A DNA stretch of 64,000 bases from an uncultured bacterium (GTDB taxonomy: Bacteria > Oederibacteriota > JAAXVQ01): contig CAZQGO010000009.1 in assembly GCA_964593065.1 (NCBI GenBank), forward strand, positions 20,702 through 84,701, in the 5' to 3' direction. The translations under genes and the position numbers were made by a program. The notes below the pieces were generated by a model. The model was given only the letters and a program-made list of their open reading frames with translations, did not search any database and had not been told where the DNA came from. Below, piece by piece: positions 12,001 to 18,540 of the stretch; the stretch's first letter is position 1, and every line of letters starts with the position of its first letter.

Positions 12001-15000
12001 TTTCCTGAACGGAAATCAGGATTACTTCCATACGCCCGAGGCCGACCACGCCCGTGAGGGCGCGGAGCTGGCGCGGCCCGTGCTGGCGGCCCTCGGACTT
12101 CCCGCTGCGCGCATTGATTTCATTTCGGAATTGATCGCCCGTCACGATTGGCTGAGCAACATTGCCGACGGCACCAACCGGCCGACGCTGGTCTCCCAAT
12201 ACGGGCCGCGCCTGGCGCCGGCGCATTTGCGCCAGGAAACGGCGGACCTGGTTCGGCGCTGGCAACAGTCCGGACGCCTAGCCCGGCCGGAAGCAGTGGA
12301 CGCTCTGGCAGAGAATTACCTTGCGGCCCTGGCCCTGCTGGGAGTGTCCGATATCTTCGGTTCGGGCGACCGCGCTGTTGACCAGGGCGTGGTGCAGGCC
12401 GCCGTCGATATCTCCGGCGTTGCCCGCCTGGAGGAAGCCGCGTACCGGCAGCAGATCCCGGAGGGCTTTGATCCGTCCGCCCGCGTGACCGTGGCGGGCG
12501 TGGCCATGGATGTGGACGCCACCCTGACCCGCAACCAGACTTTGCCGCCGGAAGGCCTTAATCTCAAGCAGGTCCTGCGGGCCCTGCGCGCCGGCAAGCG
12601 CGTGCTCTTAAACAGCGGCAGCCCGATGCTGCCAGCAGAGAAGGTCAGGGTGTACCGCTCAGAGGATCCCGGGGATTACGAAGAGGTGACCTTCCATTAT
12701 GAGCGGGAAGCCCTGGAGGAAAGGATCGTCAGGGTCCTGCAGGCGGAAATGATCGCCAGCGGCGACGCCGGCAAGCTGCCCAACCTGGAAGTGCAGGGTA
12801 TTTCCGGCGTGGAACACGTTACCTTCGACGCGCAGGGCCAGTATGTCTATCGGCTCGATGAAAGCCTCACCGTCGAGCCGGCGGCCCAACGGGACATCGG
12901 CAAGGCCCTGGCTGTGGGCTACATGCAAGTCTTGGGTCAAAAGCGCGGCGTGGACTTTTCGGCGGCCATCGCGGAGGTGCGGTCGGCGAAAAACCTTCCC
13001 GAGGTTCTGGAGCATTTCAACGGCGCCGTGGCCGGCCATGCTCAGGTGAAATTCCAGCCTTTCAATTCCGAGATCGTCCTCGTGGGTGAGGACGGGCAGG
13101 TGGACTGCAACCTGGCGCTGGCCGCGGCCCGCGAGGAGATCCGGCAGCAGGCGTACGCGGTCGACGAGGATAAATATTTCCCCTCCGCCGGAATGCTGTT
13201 CTTGAAGTTCAGCCGGATCAAGAAGAGCAGCGCCGTCGCAGCCTGGATGGACCGCGGGCGGGCTTCGGGAGCCTATCTCACCCTGGGGGATTCAGCCACC
13301 GACACCTTCCTGTGGGAGATCCGGCGGCCGAATTTCTTCCGCGTGTTCCTGGGGACGGCGCAGACCTTGCGTGCCCATCCGGGAGTCGTGGTGGCGCGCA
13401 GCGAGGAAGGCCGGGACAACGTCCGCCAGGAAGGCACCGGCCAAGCCCTGCAGCATTTCCTGGACGCCGAGGAGCAGGGTTTGGCTTATCGTGATTTGCC
13501 GTATTTCGACAACCGCTGGTCCTTAAGCGACCTGATGTCCCGGGGCCTGGCGCTGTTCCCGCGCTGGCAGAACGCTCGCGCCGCAGCCTTTTCGAGCCGG
13601 CGCATCCTGCTGCAGGCCTCGCGTTCCTGGCTGCTGCGCCTGCCCGCGTTTCTGGTGACCGCCTGGATCCTGGCGGCCGAAATTCTGTCGCCGCTGGCGG
13701 GGAAGTACACGGTGGAAACCTACCAGCGGGAGGGACTTGCGGTCTACCGCTTCACCGACCTGCGGGCGGATACCTCCTTCGATATCGTGCCCGGCTACGC
13801 CGCCAAAATCATCTCCTTTAAGGCCCAGGGGCGCGAGATCCTCCATTGCGACAGCATCAAGGCCTCGGGCGGTATCGAGGTCATGTATCCCTACATCGAC
13901 CGCGTGCAGGGCAACCGCTTTAGCTACCAGGGGCGCACCGTGGACCTGGGTGACGACGAACTGGTGCGGACCGGCCTGACCAAAAAGGACGGCTCGGGTA
14001 CGGTCTACCACGGCATGGCCCGCAGGCTGCCCTGGAAGGTGGAGGCCGCCGGCCTCGACCGCCGGGGCATCTACGTGCGCGTCTCGCTGGCCAACGCGGA
14101 CCAGCCCGAGATCGCGCGGCGCTTCGGCCGGGGAAAAGCCTTCCTGACCTATCACCTAAGCGGTGCTGAACTGACCAGCGACATCCGCCTGCGCAACCGC
14201 TCCTTAGCCTCCACGGGCAGCCATCCCTGGATCGCGCGCGGCCAAGGCGCCTGGCGCCTGCTCGTGCCCGCCCGGCGCGAGGTCGTGGCGGAAAACATGA
14301 TCCCCACCGGCGAACGCCGCGAGCTGGCCGGCACGCCGCTCGATTTGCGCGCCTTCCGGGATTCGGACCGCAACCGCCACGCCATCCTGGAAGGTTTGGA
14401 CCGTCGTCCCAACGGGGAAGCCGTGTCATACGCCTACAATGCCACGGACGGCACGCTCGTGGAGATCGCGCAGAGCGAAGGCCTGCCCTTCGTGGTGGTG
14501 TGGGACAAGGAGGAGAAATTCTTCGCCCTTGAGCCCGTGTCCTCGCCTCCGGACGCGCTCAACGACGCGGACGGGCGGCGGGGGCTCTTGCCCATCACCC
14601 AGAGGAACTACCATGCCCGGGTCTCTTACCGCGTGCGGCGGGTGGACCCGGACCAGGCAGCGGCCCTGCCGACAGAGAACGCGGCGGTGCAGGTCCGACC
14701 GGCAACGCCCGCGCACGCCTTCCGCGCCCTGACCGGCTACGCGGCCGGCCTCGTGTCCGTCCTGGGCGCGGCCGCCCAGTACGGCGTCTTCCGCCAGCTG
14801 GGCGCGACCCAGCCCGCGCTGGCGCCTTTCGTGACCGCGGCGGGTCTCTTCTTCGGGGGGCTGCTGGCCCTCGGCGCCACGGATTTCTTCATCACGGCCT
14901 GGGCCGTGCAGCAAGTCGAGTATGAGAAACTCTTGGACCAGCGCTCCCGGACACAGACCGTGGGGATTTTCAGGAAATTCCTGTTATGGTGGCAAGCGCT

Positions 15001-17281
15001 GGGGGCGGTGGTCGCCCGGGCCAACGGCTGGCGCGATACGGCCGCTTTAAAAATCCTCGAGGGCCATCCCCGGTACACTGTAGCCCGGGAACTGCTGGAA
15101 AAGCACGAGGAGTTTCCAAACGAATTGGCGGGCCTGATCGGCATGCACCCGGGCGTGCACCTGGCCTTGGTGGCGGGCAGCCTGCTGCTGGCCCTCATGG
15201 CCGGGGTGCTGCTCGCTTCCGCGGGTTGGTCCCTTACCGTGATCCTGCTTCTGGCCGGGACCGCCGGCTTCCTCCTGCTGTCCGAGTGGCTCCGCCAGTC
15301 GCAATGGCGGACCGCCGAAACCGAGGAGCAGGTGCGTGCCTCGCTGGCCGGCTACCAGCCGAATACCGGCGTGCTGCACAGCGGCCGGAAATTCCGCCTG
15401 GCCCAGAAGGTGTATCACGCCGTGCGCACCGACCCGGTCCTGCGGGCCTTGCGAACGGCCGGCGGCCTGACTGTGCGCGACGTGGCCGTACGCTTTGGGC
15501 TTAAAACGCGGGAGACCAGGCAGATGCTGGATTACCTTTCGGCCGACCACGGCCATCCCGAAATCATGGGCATCAGGCGCCTGGGGACGGGCCTGTACGC
15601 CTATCAAGCCGTCAGGCCCGAGGCCGACGAGAGCCACCGTGCAGCCGCGGAAGCGGTGTTCGCCGTGCTGCAGCGGAACTGGGGGATGAGATTCCTATCC
15701 CGCGTCATCGGTTTCGATGCGGCGGGCTTGGCGCGGCACTTAAGTCATACCGGCATGACCCGGGAGCAGGCCCAGCAAGCCCTGGAGTACCTGGCCTCGG
15801 AAAAAGCCTGGGGCGGCCGGCTGGCCGGCGTCTACCACCGCCTCGGCTTCTTCCAATATCAGCCGCTGCCGGAATATGCCTGGGGCGAAGAGACGCCCAA
15901 GTTGGCCCGCATGGTCCACAGCGTCATCCGGGACCGTCAATCCCTCCGCTACAGGGCCGCGCTGGGGCAGCTGACGGCCGAAGACCTGGTCCGCGAACTC
16001 CACTTCGGAGTGCAGGCGGCGCAGCGCGCCCTGGCCTACCTGGTGTCCGACCAGGCCGCCGGCCAGGGCCTGGGTGGCATCAGCTCCGAGGTCAAGAACG
16101 GCCGCCGCATCTACCGCTGGTCCCCGGGACAAACCGAGACCCGCGCCGAGCCGGCGCCGCGGGCCCCGGCGGGTGCGCCCGAAAAAGCCGCAGGCCGGTC
16201 CGGCCTGAGATTTGCAGCCAACGAAACTCTCCGCGGCGAACGCAACTGGGCGGGAAAAGTTCTGGACAACTTCCTGGGCGTCGTGCTCTTCGGGCGCGAG
16301 GCCGATCCGGCAGCCCATTCGCTGTCCCGCGGTCTGGCGGCGGGCAACGTTCCGCTGTTCCGGGCCAGCGGCTCGCTGTTCGCGGCCCTGCTGGGCTTGT
16401 CCTGGCTGGCGCGCCGGCCCGCGGCGGCGACGGCGGACCAAGCCGCGGAACTGGATCGCGTCGTGCTGGCGGCGCAGGTGGATGACGTCGCCGCGGCCGT
16501 CTACGCCCGGTACGGAGCAGGGGATTTTGTGCGGCCGAAAACCGAACTTCTGCCCCTGTCGGACCTGAGCCCCTGGCGGAGGCTATTCCATCTCCTGGGA
16601 CACGCGCAACGGGATCCGCAAACCGGCGAGCCGGTAATTTTCGTTCCCGACACGCTTCTGCGCGGCGGCGTGCGTCCGGGCCTGCAGGCGGAGTTGTTGC
16701 GGCTCATGGTCGTCCATCAGCTGCGAAAATTTTACGCCCAAAGCCGCCGAGCCGCCCGGTTGTCCGGATCGCCGGTACGAGTGCCCATCTGGGACCGTGT
16801 GATGAGTCGTCTCCGGATGAGAAGCGATCCCCGCGGCTATCTGACCCGAGTGCTGCAGGGCGATGCCTCCCCGCTTGCGCGGGAACTGCTGCAACAAGAA
16901 ACCGGGCGGGAGAGTCCTGCCGCGTCCGCTTTCCTGGACTGGGTCCATCATCCCGAACCGGAACGCCTGGAAGCCTGGGTGGCGGAGATGGTCCGGAGCA
17001 TCAACGTATCGCCCGCTCCGGGTCAGAGCCTGGCGACTTTATGCACTCTGAGCAGCCGCCTGCCGGCCCTCGAGGGAATTCGGGTCGGGGAGTGGTTGAC
17101 ACGGCCACCGGGTACGGCCTCTGGGGCCATCGTTCTGCCGGGAATTCTCTCCCGGCCTGCCCTGAAGTCGTGGCTGCGCACGCTGGAAGACCGATTGCAG
17201 GGGCTGCCGCTCAAGATGAATCCGCAGCCCCTTTCTCCCCGCGGGCCTCGTTCCCAGCGCTCCAGCGCGCGGGCGGCGTGA
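2..17281 (+). CDS. Giant multidomain membrane-associated protein 1 (5'-truncated, at least 5,759 aa)
   Basis: ORF track 26..17281. The frame is also open from position 2 (AGG CAG CCG CGG...), so the real start is upstream of the window. GC3-rich coding pattern; recognisable domains (UDP-sugar pyrophosphorylase-like, 2 GNAT, HD, HAD, aldose 1-epimerase) and several TM clusters. Confidence 0.93.
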   Translation, partial: RQPRERRTVVDSSGAETVYPGLDPVKVAARMLGLEGRTVVDTYDFLSDADIKTFLALGWDVRAMGKGHIEVLAGQLTLAERIAATEELLAELTNLARPQTLSALQAQGSSLDAAALDRARRTAEAKLAYLKAEVTGSPDRNRLQTAYELAKTGQELRYAHAEEQAALRAKQVYLNYQQEHYRLLDEAEPARVQSHLRQVRRFYTRYRRLWAEQQRRTHARLAEIAIAPRQRVILRTLQQIAEFATALAGVLQRRTAAVPEERLQGRALRRELSGTKYLQDQLQRTLDDLDRMYVELLDPEERAAMQQELRRLRRRPRLALSGRSTRTGQVDLTQLTAAESMRGWKIEIQDRVHADWELEKQRIRDLQDGGVYVILRDKLVDAAGRMLEFVPFTVFEQGPDGKLVKREDPQGFSRARTIKWRKDAEGGKHRALNPLWAKFMVKVPLNLAPVASEDFTPEMYPNFDKLPLETREWLVRNVFGQGKILSTVAGEPQARFYLLMDVNLDPLTWAAGRGGILMDAETDEPVVVTTEEGAEQVVMLKASGPHQAMDPALLDVDTSRVVQGGRVLHDLYTVHAPDGAVLGQIETYDRKVVEFPVGEGYTAHVRAGRIETLRDPQNREVLFGTEPAADGWIQLHVRATGEKVGRVRMREGEVTECLLPGGYRVQIRQGRIAAIQNEAGRDQLARMQVRGEQVTRTSKSSLGQILGHTTEADPESILKKEGTPEYRAGRTSRALFRAVFRYAQNGRHELQQLWRSVPSTARLGWMLLGDERDFDPQQMTRVMAWNAAEILGQTEACVHIAPNPDNIYSTEYYTDEDSQIPLYNERDPYGAFFKYFGYALQLIYWDFEGARTDNYDTIDLSVLPIWIDAFLDHLLEIRQGGRPLVRNPEAFERFRRRARGVTRENLESFENDFMQTLWNEYLAHHVLRNRLERGYEPTLESTFSSSEAKGRFDPNDRDKAERFLQNQRELLEAARRLSAEEGYAPLYLRGVPFNYDEAFAELDRKMQHAALLASQPPRKNRYADIYQLSFYPPLRPNVYSILDFAGIRQGLAKMRLVISQALPAVLREKVDVKLQDVLGSTETRIRDMFYDGLESFGALNSEWAEFPLVPAYFSAWLRHAGPAEITTAASAEDVYYLLQSDYQMTCQNLTRLSSLGPVEFQPHPVRSGEALYFYYRRGNRTHYVKVDLASRQILPVNAETYRQETAGRAARPAETAARAGLAANLLAREGFQAAAGYGALTAGIAGILAAAGAGSLLANLTPVGVVVGFLSGRAALTALAEWLIHGQLLRGSPGEEGVVHVRADGSLGFHLTPASRFTPLRRLVAYGLGYPVAAVVVATAAWHEFLHTSIRSEIVVYGLESLTVLSLSAVALHGLWFAAAAALAGFAVILVPRVLGWTSRALRRRVQQQALRARLARAQHTLQRYGQPLSLLAHWDELTPSQQDHLLTQIEQTDWQEAGDLYERLVRRGEQPKLDVSRTEPAPVITDRREAALEAGEEILSWGAETGRARFACVLPSGGGGTGLGFTDETGALLPKGTFPATPLSNESMYLSLVRKNLAAARAHGHQKMYPFVIMVNEETNEAVRAHFRNSDLWDQVKDRLLFVNQKMLPQLDPETGQAFLNGQDSLSLGGCGAGDMLDYVLDGKQGAEGLVWSEQAGDFVPQNVVGWLEGFGVEYTQYMNVDNLLTPIADPYFLGEHALSRDPEQERGGWAHRSIGMIPKRLWDEEGQTWRDRLGNVVEADVETGPGRRERRPVPVDYGRMRAVDAMCSWGSPSFVLLTLPSLQGARRIPWAAITGKTDWDETGRKRPIVKFERKPDKPGYGVLFGFNEADTFAAIKKPDGTQPVETPASSKRMQSDFWKRKIRAAWPQLTLDDAAFVELPWEAAYMTPGQLRAALEATDFARRQQEHPGEGILVRADRAAFGRFSPAVQVLPNPLRDLQSMAAEQSEPNLIGAMMRPWIARALAGKLNPSDTSAVLMRLNSLDPKFINFDQGQRLLKSARAFRPIATQAQRQGLFSWIRLLAKLQAENPAWAKAVALFDHERSGAYVDYLRGVGEQIRRFPVEELLGPELLAAIAATSPGGRLPASLTVVDDSDADSLERQLNLRDHPEAESGLPLAARLTLINPYTRTVRMVLLVGPMDRLRKAMRTIAEMEEKFGGWIYGLGQVALDFTIKPFNGEDGEVDSSTMYLDEDLQGRGVGRALSEGRRRLLIHLVPGAVIRSKVLHPAALINLVHHFGAEIDWEEPRVFKSYWPPVLSDLGLLHEPLPDQEISTAQAALHQAKAESQTPELNDAEFLYDRIRGLAQQIARDPAQYPHLAATHGWKHKELPAKMQGKEQDWQSVAHFLYSMILDRLYVRGRVPDVEEEAPPAAPPAPKALGGIMDWLKAPVMKVFGIDSATYDRRVAWWLENGLVYGLALPGVLLALAFGAPLVSTLGAGYVLAWAAFARLHYRLPWAGRAPPAHRVAALVISLVNISLLAAVLFAPWLFPVVFLSSFVVHGLVNAGFLERAAETFRRTKALGEDAIARIRARSTDLAGGFAFTGLLALPITVLVLVLRGVGGLVIPGILPWIAVPAGVVLVSWALVSLAPPSASAGRPAAPAGGVSRRQVLQLLALSPVVAGALILAACTPQPTAAPTQAWTQELRTRLFVPTQQYVADYLASPERVADPNVDHAGLVSYTDPQTGRRIFLVPNSHASKRAQTLIREHILPEIGDRDPNWLFALEGMSADIDWSRMSAHLPEYSDLLEKAAAGGDQVFNPLVGNYDPRVLVQVASGTRVNLLGVVLVYNDAEAEPGVGGHLTADSIRAISPERLSDLAMFEAGVLLQAFPDHERNSEAFRAWLAGLPAETREQFGPDTERNFRRGYLAQIFLNSLVLQLQTDPALLNSNVAEMNDQMTAAADLLSMDLFRAALAAEPTDRNVVVVFGALHRDAFEQTLRNAGFTQDPGEIPDEHGTSQLPLTPYVLRLGMPAGGPAAWGALGLLGTGRAGAAGEAAGAGQPAIQAEAPAGETTQARLLLAVLVLGIGAGLAGVLGLVVGLTVSPVLLWVLAGAGLVVTLGVLIAQTGRTTARVPGRRNFLITGSLSVLALVLAACGLPIPATATPGPVQPTPEMPTIEPTWTYPPSPTPPPTLEGKLLAEWNHRKFVPERNFWLVYPDTPPVEALAPSQDHAEMMVYQRGERTVYLIPNGHLSNRALELEQQHILDVTNPENTSVLNKFQAGKVMLGIEGLNPSALVGGWNAGPAVWSLVEKTKDAEPITIADPTIAYSDPLVLSALQGEGFRTVDIALQFVLAFLEAPNGGPVENLEQFNALSEQDSVGTIYTVTDIFMAYDREFSASPDLRSVYEQHLAEVRQTNPDQQDTFAERREWLLAYLRQNVLDYLGASPEARAQQAQDVARIGTEKFVQSNKLSRKFFEVILEQVPADNDLILVYGFLHQEAFEPLLIEQGYQRTQYYPDQNPNPRSEVDGTLARLQPADQTRSRSYRTARRVEAVLSSLTSPFRGGIMPWLRGLVVRLSGGRITPRAYDRFIAFWLENVLSLTAGGLVAAAGAAVLAVATGGAFAFPATAAYFLAWPLFFLLHLVPGREGQRAPPLNLALAGVIAVVNLALVFTPLSWPLLLLSGVLVHLAANVAAAVFFRARALRTWTLPNGERVSLQAADQAFLQQHADEILPLLDPETFGAWNREKLAAGEEGYDGRPHYGKFQHSLAITDSSGRVIALALAYERGWKEYQELGSDSLYLNVLAVAPDYQGLGLGTLLTRSVIERFRRSRFLHFLNRPLAVSLQSHVPEAQRLFERMGFQAVGEKSYPARNLVDRVYLYHETGPAWIDVQQRPRPLGTVLDPAGEKYRQALFALSQQLQRFREIPQASERQDLKLRLVAAQRALPARALTELNAAREGFRAGRLSVEDLAAVFLRTTELGLLGETGAWTRRDGTTLDRREHVLEDARALDALLQGRPVYLGLDPSEAERLNALAMRIRLNPELREDLALALILHDYGFLNGNQDYFHTPEADHAREGAELARPVLAALGLPAARIDFISELIARHDWLSNIADGTNRPTLVSQYGPRLAPAHLRQETADLVRRWQQSGRLARPEAVDALAENYLAALALLGVSDIFGSGDRAVDQGVVQAAVDISGVARLEEAAYRQQIPEGFDPSARVTVAGVAMDVDATLTRNQTLPPEGLNLKQVLRALRAGKRVLLNSGSPMLPAEKVRVYRSEDPGDYEEVTFHYEREALEERIVRVLQAEMIASGDAGKLPNLEVQGISGVEHVTFDAQGQYVYRLDESLTVEPAAQRDIGKALAVGYMQVLGQKRGVDFSAAIAEVRSAKNLPEVLEHFNGAVAGHAQVKFQPFNSEIVLVGEDGQVDCNLALAAAREEIRQQAYAVDEDKYFPSAGMLFLKFSRIKKSSAVAAWMDRGRASGAYLTLGDSATDTFLWEIRRPNFFRVFLGTAQTLRAHPGVVVARSEEGRDNVRQEGTGQALQHFLDAEEQGLAYRDLPYFDNRWSLSDLMSRGLALFPRWQNARAAAFSSRRILLQASRSWLLRLPAFLVTAWILAAEILSPLAGKYTVETYQREGLAVYRFTDLRADTSFDIVPGYAAKIISFKAQGREILHCDSIKASGGIEVMYPYIDRVQGNRFSYQGRTVDLGDDELVRTGLTKKDGSGTVYHGMARRLPWKVEAAGLDRRGIYVRVSLANADQPEIARRFGRGKAFLTYHLSGAELTSDIRLRNRSLASTGSHPWIARGQGAWRLLVPARREVVAENMIPTGERRELAGTPLDLRAFRDSDRNRHAILEGLDRRPNGEAVSYAYNATDGTLVEIAQSEGLPFVVVWDKEEKFFALEPVSSPPDALNDADGRRGLLPITQRNYHARVSYRVRRVDPDQAAALPTENAAVQVRPATPAHAFRALTGYAAGLVSVLGAAAQYGVFRQLGATQPALAPFVTAAGLFFGGLLALGATDFFITAWAVQQVEYEKLLDQRSRTQTVGIFRKFLLWWQALGAVVARANGWRDTAALKILEGHPRYTVARELLEKHEEFPNELAGLIGMHPGVHLALVAGSLLLALMAGVLLASAGWSLTVILLLAGTAGFLLLSEWLRQSQWRTAETEEQVRASLAGYQPNTGVLHSGRKFRLAQKVYHAVRTDPVLRALRTAGGLTVRDVAVRFGLKTRETRQMLDYLSADHGHPEIMGIRRLGTGLYAYQAVRPEADESHRAAAEAVFAVLQRNWGMRFLSRVIGFDAAGLARHLSHTGMTREQAQQALEYLASEKAWGGRLAGVYHRLGFFQYQPLPEYAWGEETPKLARMVHSVIRDRQSLRYRAALGQLTAEDLVRELHFGVQAAQRALAYLVSDQAAGQGLGGISSEVKNGRRIYRWSPGQTETRAEPAPRAPAGAPEKAAGRSGLRFAANETLRGERNWAGKVLDNFLGVVLFGREADPAAHSLSRGLAAGNVPLFRASGSLFAALLGLSWLARRPAAATADQAAELDRVVLAAQVDDVAAAVYARYGAGDFVRPKTELLPLSDLSPWRRLFHLLGHAQRDPQTGEPVIFVPDTLLRGGVRPGLQAELLRLMVVHQLRKFYAQSRRAARLSGSPVRVPIWDRVMSRLRMRSDPRGYLTRVLQGDASPLARELLQQETGRESPAASAFLDWVHHPEPERLEAWVAEMVRSINVSPAPGQSLATLCTLSSRLPALEGIRVGEWLTRPPGTASGAIVLPGILSRPALKSWLRTLEDRLQGLPLKMNPQPLSPRGPRSQRSSARAA
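1520..2470 (+). other. Domain in giant protein 1: SelO/protein-kinase-like (possible AMPylase/pseudokinase)
   Basis: Ordered motifs GRGGIL, MLKASG, RTSRAL, RSVPSTARLG, HIAPNPDN and YTDED parallel SelO GRAILL, QLKGAG, PTTRAL, RVAPSHIRFG, HGVMNTDN and IDYG; there is a large beta-rich insertion. Confidence 0.4.
4265..5700 (+). other. Domain in giant protein 1: UDP-sugar (UAP/UGPase-type) pyrophosphorylase-like
   Basis: GQ..LLAHWDELTPSQQDHLLTQI N-cap, SGGGGTGLG..PKG, FVNQKMLP, NVDNLL..DPYFLG, KFE, FAAIK. Confidence 0.8.
6480..6730 (+). other. Domain in giant protein 1: GNAT acetyltransferase-like 1
   Basis: Motif A-like MYLDEDLQGRGVGRAL. Confidence 0.55.
7139..7530 (+). other. Domain in giant protein 1: 4-TM CPBP/Abi-like module, copy 1
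   Basis: GGIM..YDR..AWWLEN (E 7232), FARLH (H 7355), RAPP, HGLVN (7502-7516); paralogous to 10508..10920. Confidence 0.55.
7820..8835 (+). other. Internal twin-arginine/lipobox segment followed by ChaN/TraB/EreA-like domain, copy 1
   Basis: SRRQVL-hydrophobic-LAAC (Cys 7889-7891), Pro/Thr linker, then NSH..FALEG..VVFGALH. Confidence 0.6.
9227..10375 (+). other. Internal twin-arginine/lipobox segment followed by ChaN/TraB/EreA-like domain, copy 2
   Basis: GRRNFL-hydrophobic-LAAC (Cys 9287-9289), long Pro/Thr linker, then NGH..LGIEG..VYGFLH. Confidence 0.6.
10508..10920 (+). other. Domain in giant protein 1: 4-TM CPBP/Abi-like module, copy 2
   Basis: GGIM..YDR..AFWLEN (E 10610), FFLLH (H 10748), RAPP, HLAAN (10886-10900). 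Confidence 0.55.
10960..11470 (+). other. Domain in giant protein 1: GNAT acetyltransferase 2
   Basis: LYLNVLAVAPDYQGLGLGTLL and AQRLFERMGF. Confidence 0.8.
11820..12375 (+). other. Domain in giant protein 1: HD-superfamily phosphohydrolase
   Basis: EH..ALILHDYG..DHAREGAELA..LIARHD..SD. Confidence 0.75.
12490..13470 (+). other. Domain in giant protein 1: HAD-superfamily hydrolase
   Basis: Motif I MDVDATL, motif II LNSG, K, motif IV LGDSATD. Confidence 0.75.
13700..14640 (+). other. Domain in giant protein 1: aldose 1-epimerase/galactose mutarotase-like
   Basis: MYPYIDRV..FSYQG, HGMAR, GSHPW, MIPTGE, FALEP. Confidence 0.85.
15398..16120 (+). repeat. Three tandem ~75-80 aa winged-helix-like repeats in giant protein 1
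   Basis: Each repeat: helix (LAQKVYHAV / AAEAVFAVL / LARMVHSVI), HTH-like segment ending LDYLS / LEYLA / LAYLV, then a Gly-rich hairpin ending YAYQ / FQYQ / YRWS. Confidence 0.6.
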
Positions 17282-17380
17282 AGCTTTCCATGAAGAGCGT
17301 GGCAGGTTTGGCCATCCGGACCCGGCGCGCCCCATCTTTGCACCTCAGAACGTCCCGGGCCGGGGATGCAAATTTTAACC

Positions 17381-17409
17381 TTGACAAATTCCCGGATTTT
17401 CACTAAAGT
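17381..17409 (+). promoter_or_regulatory. Sigma70-type promoter of rplM-rpsI
   Basis: TTGACA-17 nt-TAAAGT. Confidence 0.8.
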
Positions 17410-17446
17410 ACTCGTTCTGTTTGCATTTTCCTGTCAGGAGGAAGCC

Positions 17447-17875
17447 ATGGCAACGCCCTTTCCCAAAGCCGGAAAGGTGGAGCGCAAATGGTACCTGGTG
17501 GACGTCGAGGACAAGGTCCTCGGGCGAGCCGCCAGCCGCGTAGCCAGCATCTTGAAAGGCAAGCACAAGGCGAGCTATGCGCCTTTTATCGACACCGGCG
17601 ATCACGTGGTGGTGATCAATGCCTCCAAGATACGCCTCACCGGCAAAAAGCTCGATCAAAAACTGGATTTCCGGCATTCCGGCTGGCCCCGGGGAGACCA
17701 CTTCACTCCCTACCGCGTTCTGCTGGCCAAGCATCCGGAACGGACTTTCACCCTGGCCGTGCGGGGCATGCTGCCCAAGAATTCCATCGGCCGCACCATG
17801 ATTAAAAAGATGAAAGTTTACGCCGGTTCCGCGCACGAGCAGCAGGCGCAAAAACCCGAAAGGTTGGAGATTTAA
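17447..17875 (+). CDS. rplM: 50S ribosomal protein L13
   Basis: RKWYLVD..LGRAAS..GKHK..DTGDHVVVINA..AVRGMLPKN; start set at ATG 17447 after an AGGAGG RBS. Confidence 0.98.
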   Translation: MATPFPKAGKVERKWYLVDVEDKVLGRAASRVASILKGKHKASYAPFIDTGDHVVVINASKIRLTGKKLDQKLDFRHSGWPRGDHFTPYRVLLAKHPERTFTLAVRGMLPKNSIGRTMIKKMKVYAGSAHEQQAQKPERLEI

Positions 17876-18304
17876 ATGGAAGAAATGGCCACGGCACCCG
17901 AACAAACCCAGCCGCCCGTGTTGGAATTCCGGGGCACCGGCCGCCGCAAAACCGCGGTGGCGCGCGTCCGCCTGAAACCCGGGCAGGGAAATATCTTCGT
18001 CAATCACAAGCCGCTCGAGGAATATTTCTCCGGCAAGTTTTATATCCAGAAGATCCGGGAACCGCTCGAACTCACCGCCAATGCCAATAAGTTCGACGTG
18101 CATGTCAACGTGCACGGCGGGGGTCTGACGGGGCAATACGGAGCCGTGGTTCACGGCATTGCGCGCGCCCTGGTGCAGGCGGACGGGGACTTGCGGGCCG
18201 CGCTTTCCAAGGCGGGCCTGCTCACCCGCGATTCGCGCATGGTGGAACGTAAGAAATATGGCCAGCCAGGAGCCCGCCGCCGCTTCCAATTCTCAAAGCG
18301 TTAA
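17876..18304 (+). CDS. rpsI: 30S ribosomal protein S9
   Basis: [12 protein letters not shown]; C-terminal [19 protein letters not shown]. Confidence 0.98.
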   Translation: MEEMATAPEQTQPPVLEFRGTGRRKTAVARVRLKPGQGNIFVNHKPLEEYFSGKFYIQKIREPLELTANANKFDVHVNVHGGGLTGQYGAVVHGIARALVQADGDLRAALSKAGLLTRDSRMVERKKYGQPGARRRFQFSKR

Positions 18305-18323
18305 TCTCCGGCAAGCGCATCCC

Positions 18324-18363
18324 AGCCGCCGCCCTTGGCAATCAGGGTGGCGGCTTTTTTTTT
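18324..18363 (+). terminator. Rho-independent terminator of rplM-rpsI
   Basis: AGCCGCCGCCCT / AGGGTGGCGGCT stem followed by a T run. Confidence 0.85.
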
Positions 18364-18467
18364 ATCCTTTCCCGGCCCACCCTCTCCTTTTAAGGATATG
18401 GACCCCCAGCCCCGATTGCTGGAAAAGGAGTTAGAAGCTCAAATATTAAGGAAATATTAAATACCTG

Positions 18468-18496
18468 TTGACAAAATGGGGAGCCGGGGTTAAATT
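18468..18496 (+). promoter_or_regulatory. Sigma70-type promoter of the mraZ/dcw operon
   Basis: TTGACA-17 nt-TAAATT; AT-rich AAATATTAA direct repeats upstream (18441, 18452). Confidence 0.8.
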
Positions 18497-18504
18497 AGCC
18501 CATG

Positions 18505-18536
18505 GAGTGGGGAAAAGTGGTGGAAAGTGGGGAAAA
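18505..18536 (+). promoter_or_regulatory. MraZ-binding boxes
   Basis: GTGG at 18507, 18517 and 18527 (10-bp period) between the promoter and mraZ, the known MraZ operator pattern. Confidence 0.8.
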
Positions 18537-18540
18537 CTCC

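Noticed and set aside
332-16951. Long minus-strand and alternative-frame ORFs over giant gene 1 (e.g. 332..2398, 6341..8611, 6730..9438, 9578..11125)
   Set aside because: Shadow ORFs expected in high-GC coding DNA; no motifs, and they overlap a frame with clear domains.
17366-17446. N-terminal extension of rplM in the track (and of mraZ, 18502..18540)
   Set aside because: These overlap promoter or operator sequence; downstream ATGs give canonical N-termini.
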